A stretch of 64,000 nt of DNA from Folioceros fuciformis (taxonomy: Eukaryota): the NCBI GenBank assembly GCA_049999805.1, contig JBNGIO010006379.1:487350-551349 (forward strand), given 5' to 3'. The translations under genes and the position numbers were made by a program. The notes under the pieces were generated by a model that saw only the letters and a list, made by a program, of their open reading frames with translations, did not search any database and had not been told where the DNA came from. Positions 39,183-50,300 of the stretch are shown here, one piece after another (the stretch's first letter is position 1; every line of letters starts with the position of its first letter).

Positions 39183-40080
39183 ATGGCAGCAAAGATCCAG
39201 CTCTACAGTTTGGCAACGCCAAACGGTCAAAAGGTAGCGTCGGAGCTCGGTTTGTGGATGCTGCGTTACATTGTCCTGGCTGGGTTGAGCCTAACACGTG
39301 GGTGGTACCTTAAAGATTGGGGTTGCCCTGGAGGAGTTGGGGTTGGAATATGACGCACACCTAATCAACATCTCGAAGGGGGACCAGTTCACACCTGAGT
39401 TCATCTCGATCAACCCCAACTCCAAGATCCCGGCTATTGTGGATCCCAATGGGCCTGGTAATTGGCTTCGCGTCGTTTCTGTCCTGAGGCTCTGCCGCAA
39501 GCATCAGCAGTTTAAGCTCACAATTCGCTGCCATTCTGCAGACGGGAAGCCCTTCAGTTTGTTCGAGTCAGGAGCTATATTATTGTACTTGGCTGAGAAA
39601 ACGGGAAAGCTTATTTCTCAGGATCCTCGACTTAAGTGGGAAACAATTCAGTGGGTTTTTTTCCAGATGGCTGGTGTCGGCCCCATGTTTGGACAGGTGA
39701 GTGAACGAGTACTGCTCCGCATGCTTTAGTGCTGCCGTTGTAACTGAAGAGCCTTTGTTGTGAACCAGTTTGGGCATTTCTTCAAGTATGCCAAGGACAA
39801 GACCACGGATTCATACGGGGTAGAGCGGTACGCTACGGAAACCAAGCGCCTTCTTGGGGTCTTGGAGAAGCGTCTGGAAGGTCGAGAGTATATCATCGAC
39901 GATGGCTATAGCATTGCGGATATAGCAACATGGCCGTGGGTCTTGTGTCTGGAAAAATTTTATCAAGCATCCGAAAAGGTTGATCTAGACAGCTTTAAAA
40001 ATGTGCAAGCGTGGAAAGCAAGGTGTGAGGCAAGGCCCGCTTCTGTTAAGGGGGTTAAAGTGTGCTCCATCTCAAGCTAG
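39183..40080 (+). CDS. Glutathione S-transferase, Ure2p/Nu class (YfcG/YghU-like), 4 exons (39183-39233, 39316-39457, 39542-39696, 39769-40080)
   Basis: MAAKIQLYSLATPNGQK / IGVALEELGL..GDQFTPEFISINPNSKIPAIVD / FESGAILLYLAEKTGK..QWVFFQMAGVGPMFGQ / FGHF..ERYATETKRLLGVLEKRL..YSIADIATWPWV. Confidence 0.93.
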
Positions 40081-40301
40081 ATGTGTATTGCTTCTGTATG
40101 TACTTTTGTATACCAGCTTTCTCTCGTGCAATGAGACGGAATCTTGGATAGGAAAACTAGTCACAAAGGAAACAAAAGTAAAATGGAGAAACACAATGTA
40201 AAGAGCTTCGGACATGACCTACCCAGCAGGATGTTGCAAGTTTCTCAAGACTGGAAACTGAATACGAATAAGATTATATCGAAATGTTCCACTTGCAACA
40301 A

Positions 40302-42739
40302 CTACCTCTTCGATTTACACTCACATGCCGAAGTAATTCCCTTCACATTAATATCTATCTGCTTGGAATCTTGTTTCCCCTTACAGTACGCTTCCAGATT
40401 GACACGACTATCGCTCTTCTTCAGCGATTTAAACCTTATTTTGATTCCCTTTTCTTTCAGGAAATCCTCTCCAACTCTTTTCGAATGTAAAACCAACGCA
40501 CAGATTGCCATCCCTCTCTGCACCCTTTGCTCATCGGTTTTGCCAAACTTGGCATCTTCTTTATCCTCACTGCATTGCGCATGGTTGAAGACNNNNNNNN
40601 NNNNNNNNNNNNNNNNNNNNNNNNNNNNNNNNNNNNNNNNNNNNNNNNNNNNNNNNNNNNNNNNNNNNNNNNNNNNNNNNNNNNNNNNNNNNCAGCTACG
40701 TTCGATTGTTGTCCCACTCCAACTCTGGTCGAAAAAGCTGGTTTTCGTTGCTCCTGAATTAACTTCACGAATTGCTTCAGTCCTTCGACGACACCATCTC
40801 TATAGCTCATCCGGGCTATTCTGGTGTTTGTGCTCCGTTGCGACGCAACATTACCACTGCTCTTGCTTTCCGGATCTATGTATCCTGCAGACATCCGTGT
40901 TATCCGGTTGAAAGTTGCTGCAAATGCATAACCTCCGCAATCTGCATTCTGTCGGATACCGTAGAACACCACCTGCTGCACGTAGACAAGCAATACAGCT
41001 TAGTTTGTGCGAAACTCATAAACGTCAACGCTGCCCCAACTTAGTCCAGAAGATGAAGTGCAGCACCTGTATAAACTTTGAACTCCTTGTAGCTCCGCGA
41101 GTAAAATGCTGAACATCAAAATGTTCTGCGATCACCCAAGCCAAAGTCTTGATCCATCGCTCAAAGCGACCTTGTTTCATTCTTCCTTTCCCTCGAAGCT
41201 CGACCACACGCATTCCCCCCACAAGCGCCGTAGAATCCTTCAGCTCGCCTTCCATGACCTCAGCCTGATGAATCACAGACAGGTTTCATGGTGCAGGAAC
41301 ATGAGATGCCGATGTTTAGGTCCGGTGTTTCCATGAAAGCAGTCGGTGAACTATGAGGTGGACCTGCTGAAGGTTGTGCTTGGTCAAAAGTCGTTGTGCA
41401 TTCTTCAAGGCTTGTTGCGCCTCAGCTTCTGGAGTATCGGGGTGCAACCCAAGCTTCAGCATTTTCTTGATTCTGTCTTTCACCCCACAGCCAGCGTCTT
41501 CCACTTGCTCCTCACCTGCAGCGCCAGCGTCAACATTCCAAAGAGCTTCTCACCACTGATAGGCTCCATCTCACGGAGAAGCCATGAGAAAAGACACACA
41601 CCTGAGGTGGTGTGATCGGCATATTCTTCATGCTCTGCAGTGACTACAAATGCTTCAAGTGACACTGATCCACGTTTGATGCGACGCACACCAGCTTTCT
41701 CTTCTTTAGAGGAAGCAGAGTTGGAGTCACCCTCATCCATGCTGAAGTACTCGTCGTCAGAGTTGTTTTTGGTGCTATCCTCCCCTGGCTTTGCACAACT
41801 CTGTTTAGGCTTTCCATCTCCACACAATCTTTTCCCCGCTTCACACTTGCCTATCTTAGAAGTGCTTGTTGACAGGCCGTCAACCTCCTCGACTTTGATG
41901 GGCCTGCCCGCCTTGTTGTTGTCCTCATTCTCTTTCCCAGAGACCTCGGAAGGTTTTAACTTGGTCTGACTCAGCTTTTGCCTTTTGGGATGTAAGCCAA
42001 CAGTCCGTTTGTCACGGTCCCTTTTGGTGGCCGTGTTCCTGGACACTCCTGCATCTGCACCAAATTGTTGACTTCCGTTAGGTCTTGCACCAACATGCCC
42101 GTAGTCGGATATCCCAATCCTGACGTCTTTTGCTCCCTCCTCAGAACTCGGGACAGAAATCTTGTTGCTCCCAGATTCAGGCCCCGCAGAGCTCTGGCGA
42201 CAATGTAGCAGCTCCCTCTCCACCAGAACCGCACCTTCTCCCTCTACGACTCGGTCACGCACTGCCTTTGCCACCAGAGGCACTTCCGCCCCCACAAAGT
42301 GATTGCCGAGAACCACCTTCTGGTGCGTACGTTCCCCACCGAAAGAGCCTTCACTCGGCTCGCTCTTAACAGCACAATTCCAATTCGTCACCCCATCTTG
42401 AACATTCTTCTCCGCCGTTCCCTCCTCCACCAGCAACTGGGGAAATGGCTTCACCACATGATGCAATCGGGCAACACGAGTATGCAGACTCCGACTGCAA
42501 GCAGAGCAGAAGAGCAACGGCTCCTTTCCACCGCCGCACGCACCGCACTCTACAGTCGCCTGAGCCTCCTCGCATTCATCGCAAGCAGGAGGAGGCGTGA
42601 CAAGCTGAAGCCGGTGCTGCCTGCGCGCCCTTTTCCTGTGCAGCTCAGCCGAGCATCTGCAGCAGTACGCCAGCCCCTCGTCCACGCACAAGATCCTCCC
42701 CCGTGCTTGCTCGCACTGCGCACACAAAGCATCCCCCAT
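40302..42739 (-). CDS. Double B-box zinc finger + DUF2786 (and DUF7168-like) protein; exons 42739-41602, 41515-41364, 41264-41067, ~40975-40302 across an N100 gap
   Basis: CAQC..C.D....CCRC...H.......H and CDEC..C..C...CSAC...H.......H zinc-ligand arrays; charged linker; VKDRIKKMLKLGLHPDTPEAEAQQALKNAQRLLTKHNL; VVFYGIRQNA; SYRDGVVEGL; AYCKGKQDSKQIDI. Splice sites keep the frame. Confidence 0.8.
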
Positions 42740-43453
42740 TGTCCGGCTCCCACGCGCAGCAGAGCTAGATTCCACCAGCAACGGAACAGTATCCCAACGG
42801 TACACAATCCCCAGCTCTCGCCACCGCCCTGCCAAGCCCAGGAGTACCAGCACAGGGCTCACGCCAGTAGCACCACCTCCGGAGCTCACGACTCCCACCT
42901 GCTGCTGCTCTAAGCCAGCATGAACCTATGGCATTTCAAAGTGTCATTGACGTGCATTTCAAAAGCATTTCCCTGTTTCTGGCCCCGCAACCTGGTGCCA
43001 ACCCTAAGCAAAGGCAAGAAGGTCAATCCAGAGCATATTTCAAAACTTGCCCGTTTGCTTGCTTTGATCTGGGAGCTTGGCTTGTTATCTCGTGTGCTAA
43101 CTGGAGGGCACAACGAAATGCCGTGCCGTTTGCGTGCTGTCCACAATATAGACATGGATTCAAGAAGTTTATGTGATTTGTCCACTAGAGACATGGACTC
43201 ATGGGGGGCCTTGGCGGCCCTTTGCAGTAGGTAGTTATTTTGGACGGGGTCCCGGGTCTCTCTCTCAAATCTGAGCGTGGCGAGAGTGATGCCCTCGTTC
43301 TGCGTGGAGGAGAAGGCCTTGCTGATCCCCCAACACGGGATCATGGTCTACAGCTACCTAGTTTCGCTGTTCCAGATAATTCCCGGCATGGCCTATGGTC
43401 TGCAGCTATCTGATTGCGCTACTCGTCGTAACAAAATTTAAAGAGCTCTGTTG

Positions 43454-44857
43454 CTATAACGAATTACACCGTAATCGGACTTCGGGGATGGTGTAAAGGT
43501 AGACAGGCAGACTGGACTCCAGCTCGTGGCCTTCAGAGAAGAATGACAGATCCTGATAGGCCACCTCGCCTTGCCCCTCCTCGTAGCCAAGGGCAGGGGG
43601 AGGCTCTTCTTCCAGCCCAGGAAGCTCGGGAACCGACAGTCCGTCCGCGTCGCCCTCAACGTCAAGCTCGTCCTGCTCTTCCTGCTCCTGCTCGGCCTCC
43701 GGCTGCCCGTCGGCCGGGGAGTGCGGATTCACATCCGCCTTCTGCCGCATCTCCTTGAACATTGTGGACTGCCAGAGCAAACCCAGCGCCGTGGGAGCCT
43801 GCGGTGCCGCGGCCCTTTGCGTCCCCGCTCTCGCCCGCGCGCCAACATTGCTCATCCCTAAACTCGGGAACTGGTAGGGCTCGCTGGCCTGCCCCGGCCA
43901 CATCCTTGACGGCTGCTCCTCCTCCGGCCCGCCGTGGGCCTGAGACTCTTGCTGCTGCTCAGCGGAAACAGCAGAAGCAACAGATGCAGCAGCAGTGCTT
44001 TGCTTATGAGCTGTCTCATCTCCATCTTCCCAGCCCGCTCCGGAGCCGGAGGATCCAGGTCCAGGCTGCCTTGGCCGGAGCCACTTGATGTAGTGGCTGA
44101 GGTCGAAATTGGTGACGGCGTTGAGCCCCCGGTGCTGGATGGCGGCCATGTCGTAGGCCGCGGCGGCCTCCTCCTGCGTGCTGTAGGTGCCGAGGTACAA
44201 GTACTTGTTGCCGAAGACGCGGCCGATTCTGGCCTCCCACCGGCCGTTGTGGTGGTGCCTGGCCACGCCCCGGTACTTGGAGACACCACGGGAGAAGCCG
44301 CTGCTTTTCCGGCGCAGCGACGCCAGGTACTCCTCCCGGGACACGCTCTGCATCTCGTCAACGTCCCGCGTGTAATCCGTGACGGGGAAGTTGATGGTGG
44401 TGCCCGGCCCCCAGTACTTGAGCGCCGCGAGGTCATAGGCTCGGGCTGCCGCTTCCTCCTCGTCGTAGGCTCCCAGGTACACTTGCTTCCCCTTCTTGTT
44501 CTGACTCTGATTCCAGGTGCTCTTATCCCACAGATGCGCCTCGTAGCGCCCGGTCCAGCGATGCCGGGTCACCCCTCGGTAGATTGAGCTCCTCTTCCCA
44601 CTCACGCAGGGCGGGATTTTGCTAATGCGGTCCTTGGCCGTGGATCCCCGGTCCCGCCTCGCTCGCTTCGTAGCTCTCTGCTCGTCCGCGGGAACAATGG
44701 ACGCTGGCGGGGAAGCAGGAAGTCCTCTCTTCAAGTCCCTCTGTAGCTGCTGCTGCTGCTGCTTGTCCTGCTTGTCCTGCTCCACCCCGTCTGCAACGGG
44801 CGTTGAAGCCGGCTTCCCGTCTGCATGTTGCACATGCCTGTGCACCGGGTGGTCCAT
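43454..44857 (-). CDS. Double-AP2 transcription factor, basal-ANT/WRI group, SMOS1/At2g41710-like, intronless
   Basis: [64 protein letters not shown]; linker [17 protein letters not shown]; second AP2 [40 protein letters not shown]. First ATG taken at 44857. Confidence 0.93.
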   Translation of the reverse strand: MDHPVHRHVQHADGKPASTPVADGVEQDKQDKQQQQQLQRDLKRGLPASPPASIVPADEQRATKRARRDRGSTAKDRISKIPPCVSGKRSSIYRGVTRHRWTGRYEAHLWDKSTWNQSQNKKGKQVYLGAYDEEEAAARAYDLAALKYWGPGTTINFPVTDYTRDVDEMQSVSREEYLASLRRKSSGFSRGVSKYRGVARHHHNGRWEARIGRVFGNKYLYLGTYSTQEEAAAAYDMAAIQHRGLNAVTNFDLSHYIKWLRPRQPGPGSSGSGAGWEDGDETAHKQSTAAASVASAVSAEQQQESQAHGGPEEEQPSRMWPGQASEPYQFPSLGMSNVGARARAGTQRAAAPQAPTALGLLWQSTMFKEMRQKADVNPHSPADGQPEAEQEQEEQDELDVEGDADGLSVPELPGLEEEPPPALGYEEGQGEVAYQDLSFFSEGHELESSLPVYLYTIPEVRLRCNSL

Positions 44858-45873
44858 GGGAGCAGCTGCATCCCAGCATTCACAAGTCAGTCCTGCAGCT
44901 GAATTGCGCGCGAGCGAGAGGGAGCTCAGGCGGAGGATGACTGGCGGCAGCACCTGCTGCTGTGATGAGGACGAGCAGAGGAGGCTCGCTCGGGGATGGA
45001 GGCTACAATGAGTGACGAGAAGGGAACTCGGGGATTGAAGAAGGGGCAGGATAGTGCAGCGCAGCGCAGGGTATAGGGGAAGGGTGCGCAGGACGCAGGG
45101 CCAAAAGGAGGGCGGCGGGGCAACGGTCCAGGCTTGGAAGCGTGGAAACGACAGTGGGAGCAGGAGCAGAGATGGTGGCAACGGTTGGAGTTTCGTGCGT
45201 GGAACGGGACAAAGTAGCTGAAGGGGCGCGGGTAGCGACACCCACAGGCGCGAGCTACCCGTTGTCGACAACCAGCGCTTGTCGCGGCGCGGTTGGTAAC
45301 CTCACCTCACCTCGCCTCCCTGTTCCCTGTTCTCACCGCACTCTGCCTTGCCATCACAAAGTACACACTAGTAAGGAGCGGCAATGCCGTTATTTTGCAG
45401 CCGCATCTGGTGTGCATGCCGGCACTATCCGCCCTCGCTGCTCCTAATTCCGCAAACGTCCCACCCCAAACCGCTACTCAAGTCCCCACGACCGGTTATC
45501 GCATCTCTTTACTTTGGCGTGTTTCCCGTCCCCACGTCACAACTTGTGTTCCATTTTGGAGACTTCCGCTTACGCATAACCACAGCAGGCGGCTACTATC
45601 CACCATTTAACGAACTCTTTCCCTTTCTACATTCAGAATCCGACAAGGGAAAGGGGTTGGCCTCCCGAGCCCTACTCCTCCTACCTTCGTCGTAGTAGGT
45701 TCGGGACAGAGTTTTTTTAGTCTCCGACAGCGGGTAAAATGATATTCCACATAAGCGGTGGGTGCAGTTTCCCGATTCCGTCACCTACACCCGGCCTTGT
45801 CTTGGGCCTCCACGCATTGGAATAGATAAATATAACGTAAACTCGTCACCTTGCCGTTGCGACTTATGAGGCT

Positions 45874-46158
45874 CAAGGACTTTTCAAGGTGCACTCCTTG
45901 GTCGCATTCCTTGACCAAGGAGTGCACAAAGGTGTATTTATGGTCATCGGAATAGGGATCTTCTCTTTCCTTGGTGGTGGCTTTCTTTTGACAATCCATT
46001 GCTTTGCAAAGAGCATTGGCCAATGTGGTCTTTAAAATAGAGGTGCAAGGACTTTTTAAGGTGCACTCCTTGACCAAGGAGTGCACAAAGGTGTATTTAT
46101 GGCCATAGGAATAGGGATCTTCTTTTTCCTTGGTGGTGGCTTTCTTTTGACAATCCAT
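45874..46158. repeat. ~115-125-bp direct duplication (45874-45999, 46046-46158)
   Basis: caaggacttt..aaggtgcactccttg..accaaggagtgcacaaaggtgtatttatgg..cttttgacaatccat occurs twice. Confidence 0.85.
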
Positions 46159-47304
46159 CAACTGCAGGTCAAGCATCTTCGGCATCGATGGTAGGTAGGC
46201 CTTTCGTTATTTCTCATTACCATATTTCGGAAGCAATAGATGGTCTTGAGAATGATATTTAAAGGGTATAGTACCCCTTTTTTGGCCTGTTGCCCTTCAT
46301 CTTGTTGGAGTTGTTTATCTTCATCGTTTTTTTAATAATAAAAATATATATCATATTGATCACCAATTAAATAAAAGTTTTATCCAAGCAAGAAATACAC
46401 AAATCTGCACGTAAAATTACCAAACAAGAAACCTCAATTTCCATTTTGCTAGTCTACTACTAAAGTACTCATTTTCTTGTAGCAAAAATTTATGCTACTC
46501 ATTCTGGCAACTGGAAATTGAGCAATCTTGGTGTCGTCTAGGTTAGCAAAGGTCAATGATGTTAGAGACTATGCGTCTCCAACATCGAGGTGGGAGTGAA
46601 TTCGTTCTCAATTTCCACCTGGCCAATCTTGCCACTATCATGTGGCGAGCTTGGGTAGAAGTCTATAAAAAACATGCTATTGCAAAGCGGCAAGAGCCCT
46701 ATTAATGTCACACCTTGACTCATAGCAGCATCCACCTACATAAGGCCTATGCAACTCGGTTATGTACCGGTGCGCATTGTTGTTGAGGATTATGATGCAA
46801 GCTCATATATGATTTGAGGGTGTGTTACTTGTTTCACATTGATCTCCCTAAATGGTTGGTGCAAAAAGTGTAAGGAACCTTGTAATAAGCAAGTTACACT
46901 ATCGTTTACGGCTACTACTTGCAATTCAAGTTTCAAGACATAGGCAACCACTTTCACAGCCAAAAGGGATTTTATGAGGTTCACTCATGAGGAGTTTAGT
47001 ATGAAAGAAGTAAGGGGAGAAGCCTCAAATTTGTGTAAACAGATGCAAGGAAGGCATTTCTTTTGCGTCTTCACCATTAAGAGAGCCCTTGTTCACCACC
47101 CTTCAAAAGTTATTATCTTATGAGTAGATATAGTCTATATGCAAGACTTGTTTTCAAACATTTCAGAACTAGGGAGCCCACTAGCTAGACCGCACCTAGG
47201 AAAACCACATTGTGCTAATAGCCCAAGAACACCAAGCATTGAAGGTCTATCCTTAGGTGACATGACAATGGTTATACCCACATCTTCTCATGCAACTAGC
47301 AAAC

Positions 47305-50300
47305 TAAAGCGGGAGCAGGGAGAACGATGCTGACGAGGGGAACGCTGATTGTTTTGGGTAGCGACTATAAATACAAAGTGTGTTAACCGCTATTTAGTTT
47401 TGGTTGTTTAATTGTTCGTAACTACGCTAACTACTTTCTTTACTATTAGTTATATGTCTGCTTAAGTAGGGTAAAAACAAAACGTGCCCTAATGTTCATG
47501 CCTCACTCCACGATGCATGTCGGCGGTGTGCCAACACGCGGTGCGCCAACACTCCCCCTCACCATGGATCCGATTTCATGAGTCTTGGTCCTTCCCTGAT
47601 GATGACGTGTGTTTACCGACTATTTGGGTTGCTCCCCCTCAAGCTTGGATTTGAGATAAGATTCTTTGTTTACAAGCCCTATTGCAGTTATGTGCTTTTC
47701 GTGAAGTGGCTTGGATAACCCTTTGGTGAGGAGGTCTGCGGTATTCTCTGTTGTGCGAATGTATTTGAGGATCACCTATTGTTAGCCACTATCTGACGGA
47801 TGAAGTAATGTTGAATTTCCACATGTTTCATCCTGGCGTGCAGGACTGGGTTGTAGGTCATTGTGATGGCGGATTGATTATCGCAACACAGTTCGGTTGG
47901 TTTCGATTGTGATTCATTAATATCATGCATAAATTGCCTGATCCACAAAATTTCTTTTGCGGCTAGAGTTGTTGCCGCATACTCAGCTTCAGTCAACGAT
48001 GTGCAGATTGTCTGTATTTTCTTACTTGCCCAAGAGATTGTGGAGGTGTTGATTCGCATGCAATAAGTTGCAACAGATTTCCTCAAGTCTGGGTCGCTAG
48101 CCCAGTCTAGTCTGCATCGGACAAACCGATTAGTTTGAGCTTGGTTGTAGAGTCACCTTTGTACAATAATCCCAAAGATTTGGTCTTCTTGAGATAGCAT
48201 AGAATTCGTTTTACGCTTGTCCAGTAGGCTTTTCCATGATTTGCCATATATCTAGCTACAATGTTTACAGCTAATGCGACGTCCGACCTTGTCTATATGG
48301 ACAAATACAACAGACTACCTACTGCCTCATTGTAAGGAACATTTATCATTTCGTTGACACCTTGTGGTGACGTAGGGCAGTCGAGTGCATAAACTTTCTC
48401 ACCAGCTGCTATTGGTGTAGCAACGGGTTTAGCATCGGATAGATTAAACCTGGAAACCAGCTGGTCAACATAATGCTCCTAGTGGATGAAGAAAGAACTA
48501 TCGGTTGTGTTGTGCTCGAACTGAACTCCAAGAGCGTAGCAAACAGGTCTCATATCTACCACGTCGTACTCCTTGGCGGTTTAGACGCTCGGCAAAAGGG
48601 TTTTAGGAAGGCGTATAAGGAACGGTGTATTGACGAAGAATCCCTTTGCAGGTACAAAATGAGTGAAAAGGTTGATTGGTGTATTCCCCGAGGTTGTCCT
48701 TTTGAAGTGTGCGGACCTAAAACCCTGTTTGTCTCTCTACAGCTGTGACGTACTCCTTGAAGGGGGAAAAGGCCTTATCTTTGTGACGGAGGAAGTATAT
48801 ATGGCAGTATCGCCTCCACTCGTCCAAACAGATAATAAAGTAGAGATGATCGCCGAAGCTGGTGGTGCTCATGGGGCCACGGAGATCAGAGTGAATAGTT
48901 TCTAGTAGATGACGGCTCGAGTGGGGGCAACGTCTTTGAAAGGTAACTAAGTGAGCTTGGCATATTGACAGATCTCATAGAAGAAATCTTTGTGACCTTT
49001 GATTTGGATAGGGTCTCTATACATGCTAGGATTAGCAAAAGCATGGAGATAGCCGGGGTTCATGTGACCAGTACAATAGTGCCAAACGAGGGCATGGAGA
49101 TNNNNNNNNNNGGGGTTCATGTGACCAGTACAATAGTGCCAAACGAGGGCATGGAGATAGCGGGGGTTCATGTGACCAGTACAATAGTGCCAAACGAGGG
49201 CATGATTCTGATGAGTTGGAGAGGTGGCTAAGGAGCTGTCCAGTAACAGAGAGGAAGTCGACTGTATGTTTAGAAGGTAAAGATTGTTGTATGGGAGATC
49301 ATGAGCAAGTGCTATTTGGTTTTTATCTTTCGAGTGGTATATTGTAGTGATTACCTCGAAATGTAATGACAAGATCATGCTCGGTTGCAAGCTTACGGAC
49401 TGATAGCAGGTTCTTTGTCATCGCAGGAATGTGGAGAACTCCATTAATGGTGAGCAGCTCCTTGTGAGATAATCTGAGCTGGACTTCTCCCAATCCTTGG
49501 ATGGCTAGAGCGTTGTCGTTGCCAAGCAGGACGTGTTCGTCCGAAAGTGTATTATGGTATGAAGTAAACAAGTCGCGACTGCTACAGATGTGGGTCTTCG
49601 CTTCGGAATCCATGAACCACTTGCTGATGTCGGTCCTTGTGAGTGTGAGACAGACTGCTAAAATTGAGTTTGCAGTGGATGGAGTCGAAGGTTGCAACAG
49701 GTGTGACTCGTTCCTTGGGGAGTCACGACGAAGTTCGCCTACAACCTTCTTGCGACACTCATATTCATAGTGCCCGGGGATCCTGCACCATTTGCAGGGC
49801 CCCTTTGTTGTCCTTCGTTGCTGCTATTGTTTGTTGCCGCTGAGAAAGGGCTATGCTCTAGGTTGATTATGGGGCTTCCTTGTGGTGAAGTTAGGCCTAA
49901 AGCCACCTTGTCTTCCGCCCTTGCCTCGAGATGTGAAGAGGGCGTGGTTTGGGCCTGCACTGGACCTGGGGTTACCTGAACGACTGAACTCTTCCTCTAC
50001 CAAGGCTCCTATAACTTCTGAGAGAGTGTAGGCTAGTATTCCTCTAGATGTTGCTACTTCAATAGACTGCCGTAGGACAGAATTTTGCGAACTGATGAAA
50101 GTTCTATAAGAGGGTCGAAGAGAGGTGAGTAGTGTGACAGCTGCTTGCAACTCTGTGATAGTTGTGCCACTGGCTGCAAGCCTGGCTCGCAAGGACCTAA
50201 AATTGTGAATGTGCTACTCTACGGTTTCGCCTTCTTTCATTTTCAGTGAGTAAAACTGACGTGTGGCGTTGATCAGGGACATGGAGCTTTGAGCTTGGAA

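Noticed and set aside
40144-40911. 255-aa plus-strand ORF
   Set aside because: Reads through an N100 gap and is antisense to the DUF2786 gene's last exon.
44858-45271. 138-aa N-terminal extension of the AP2 ORF
   Set aside because: Starts at a non-ATG codon and is pyrimidine-rich, 5' UTR-like sequence; the first ATG is at 44857.
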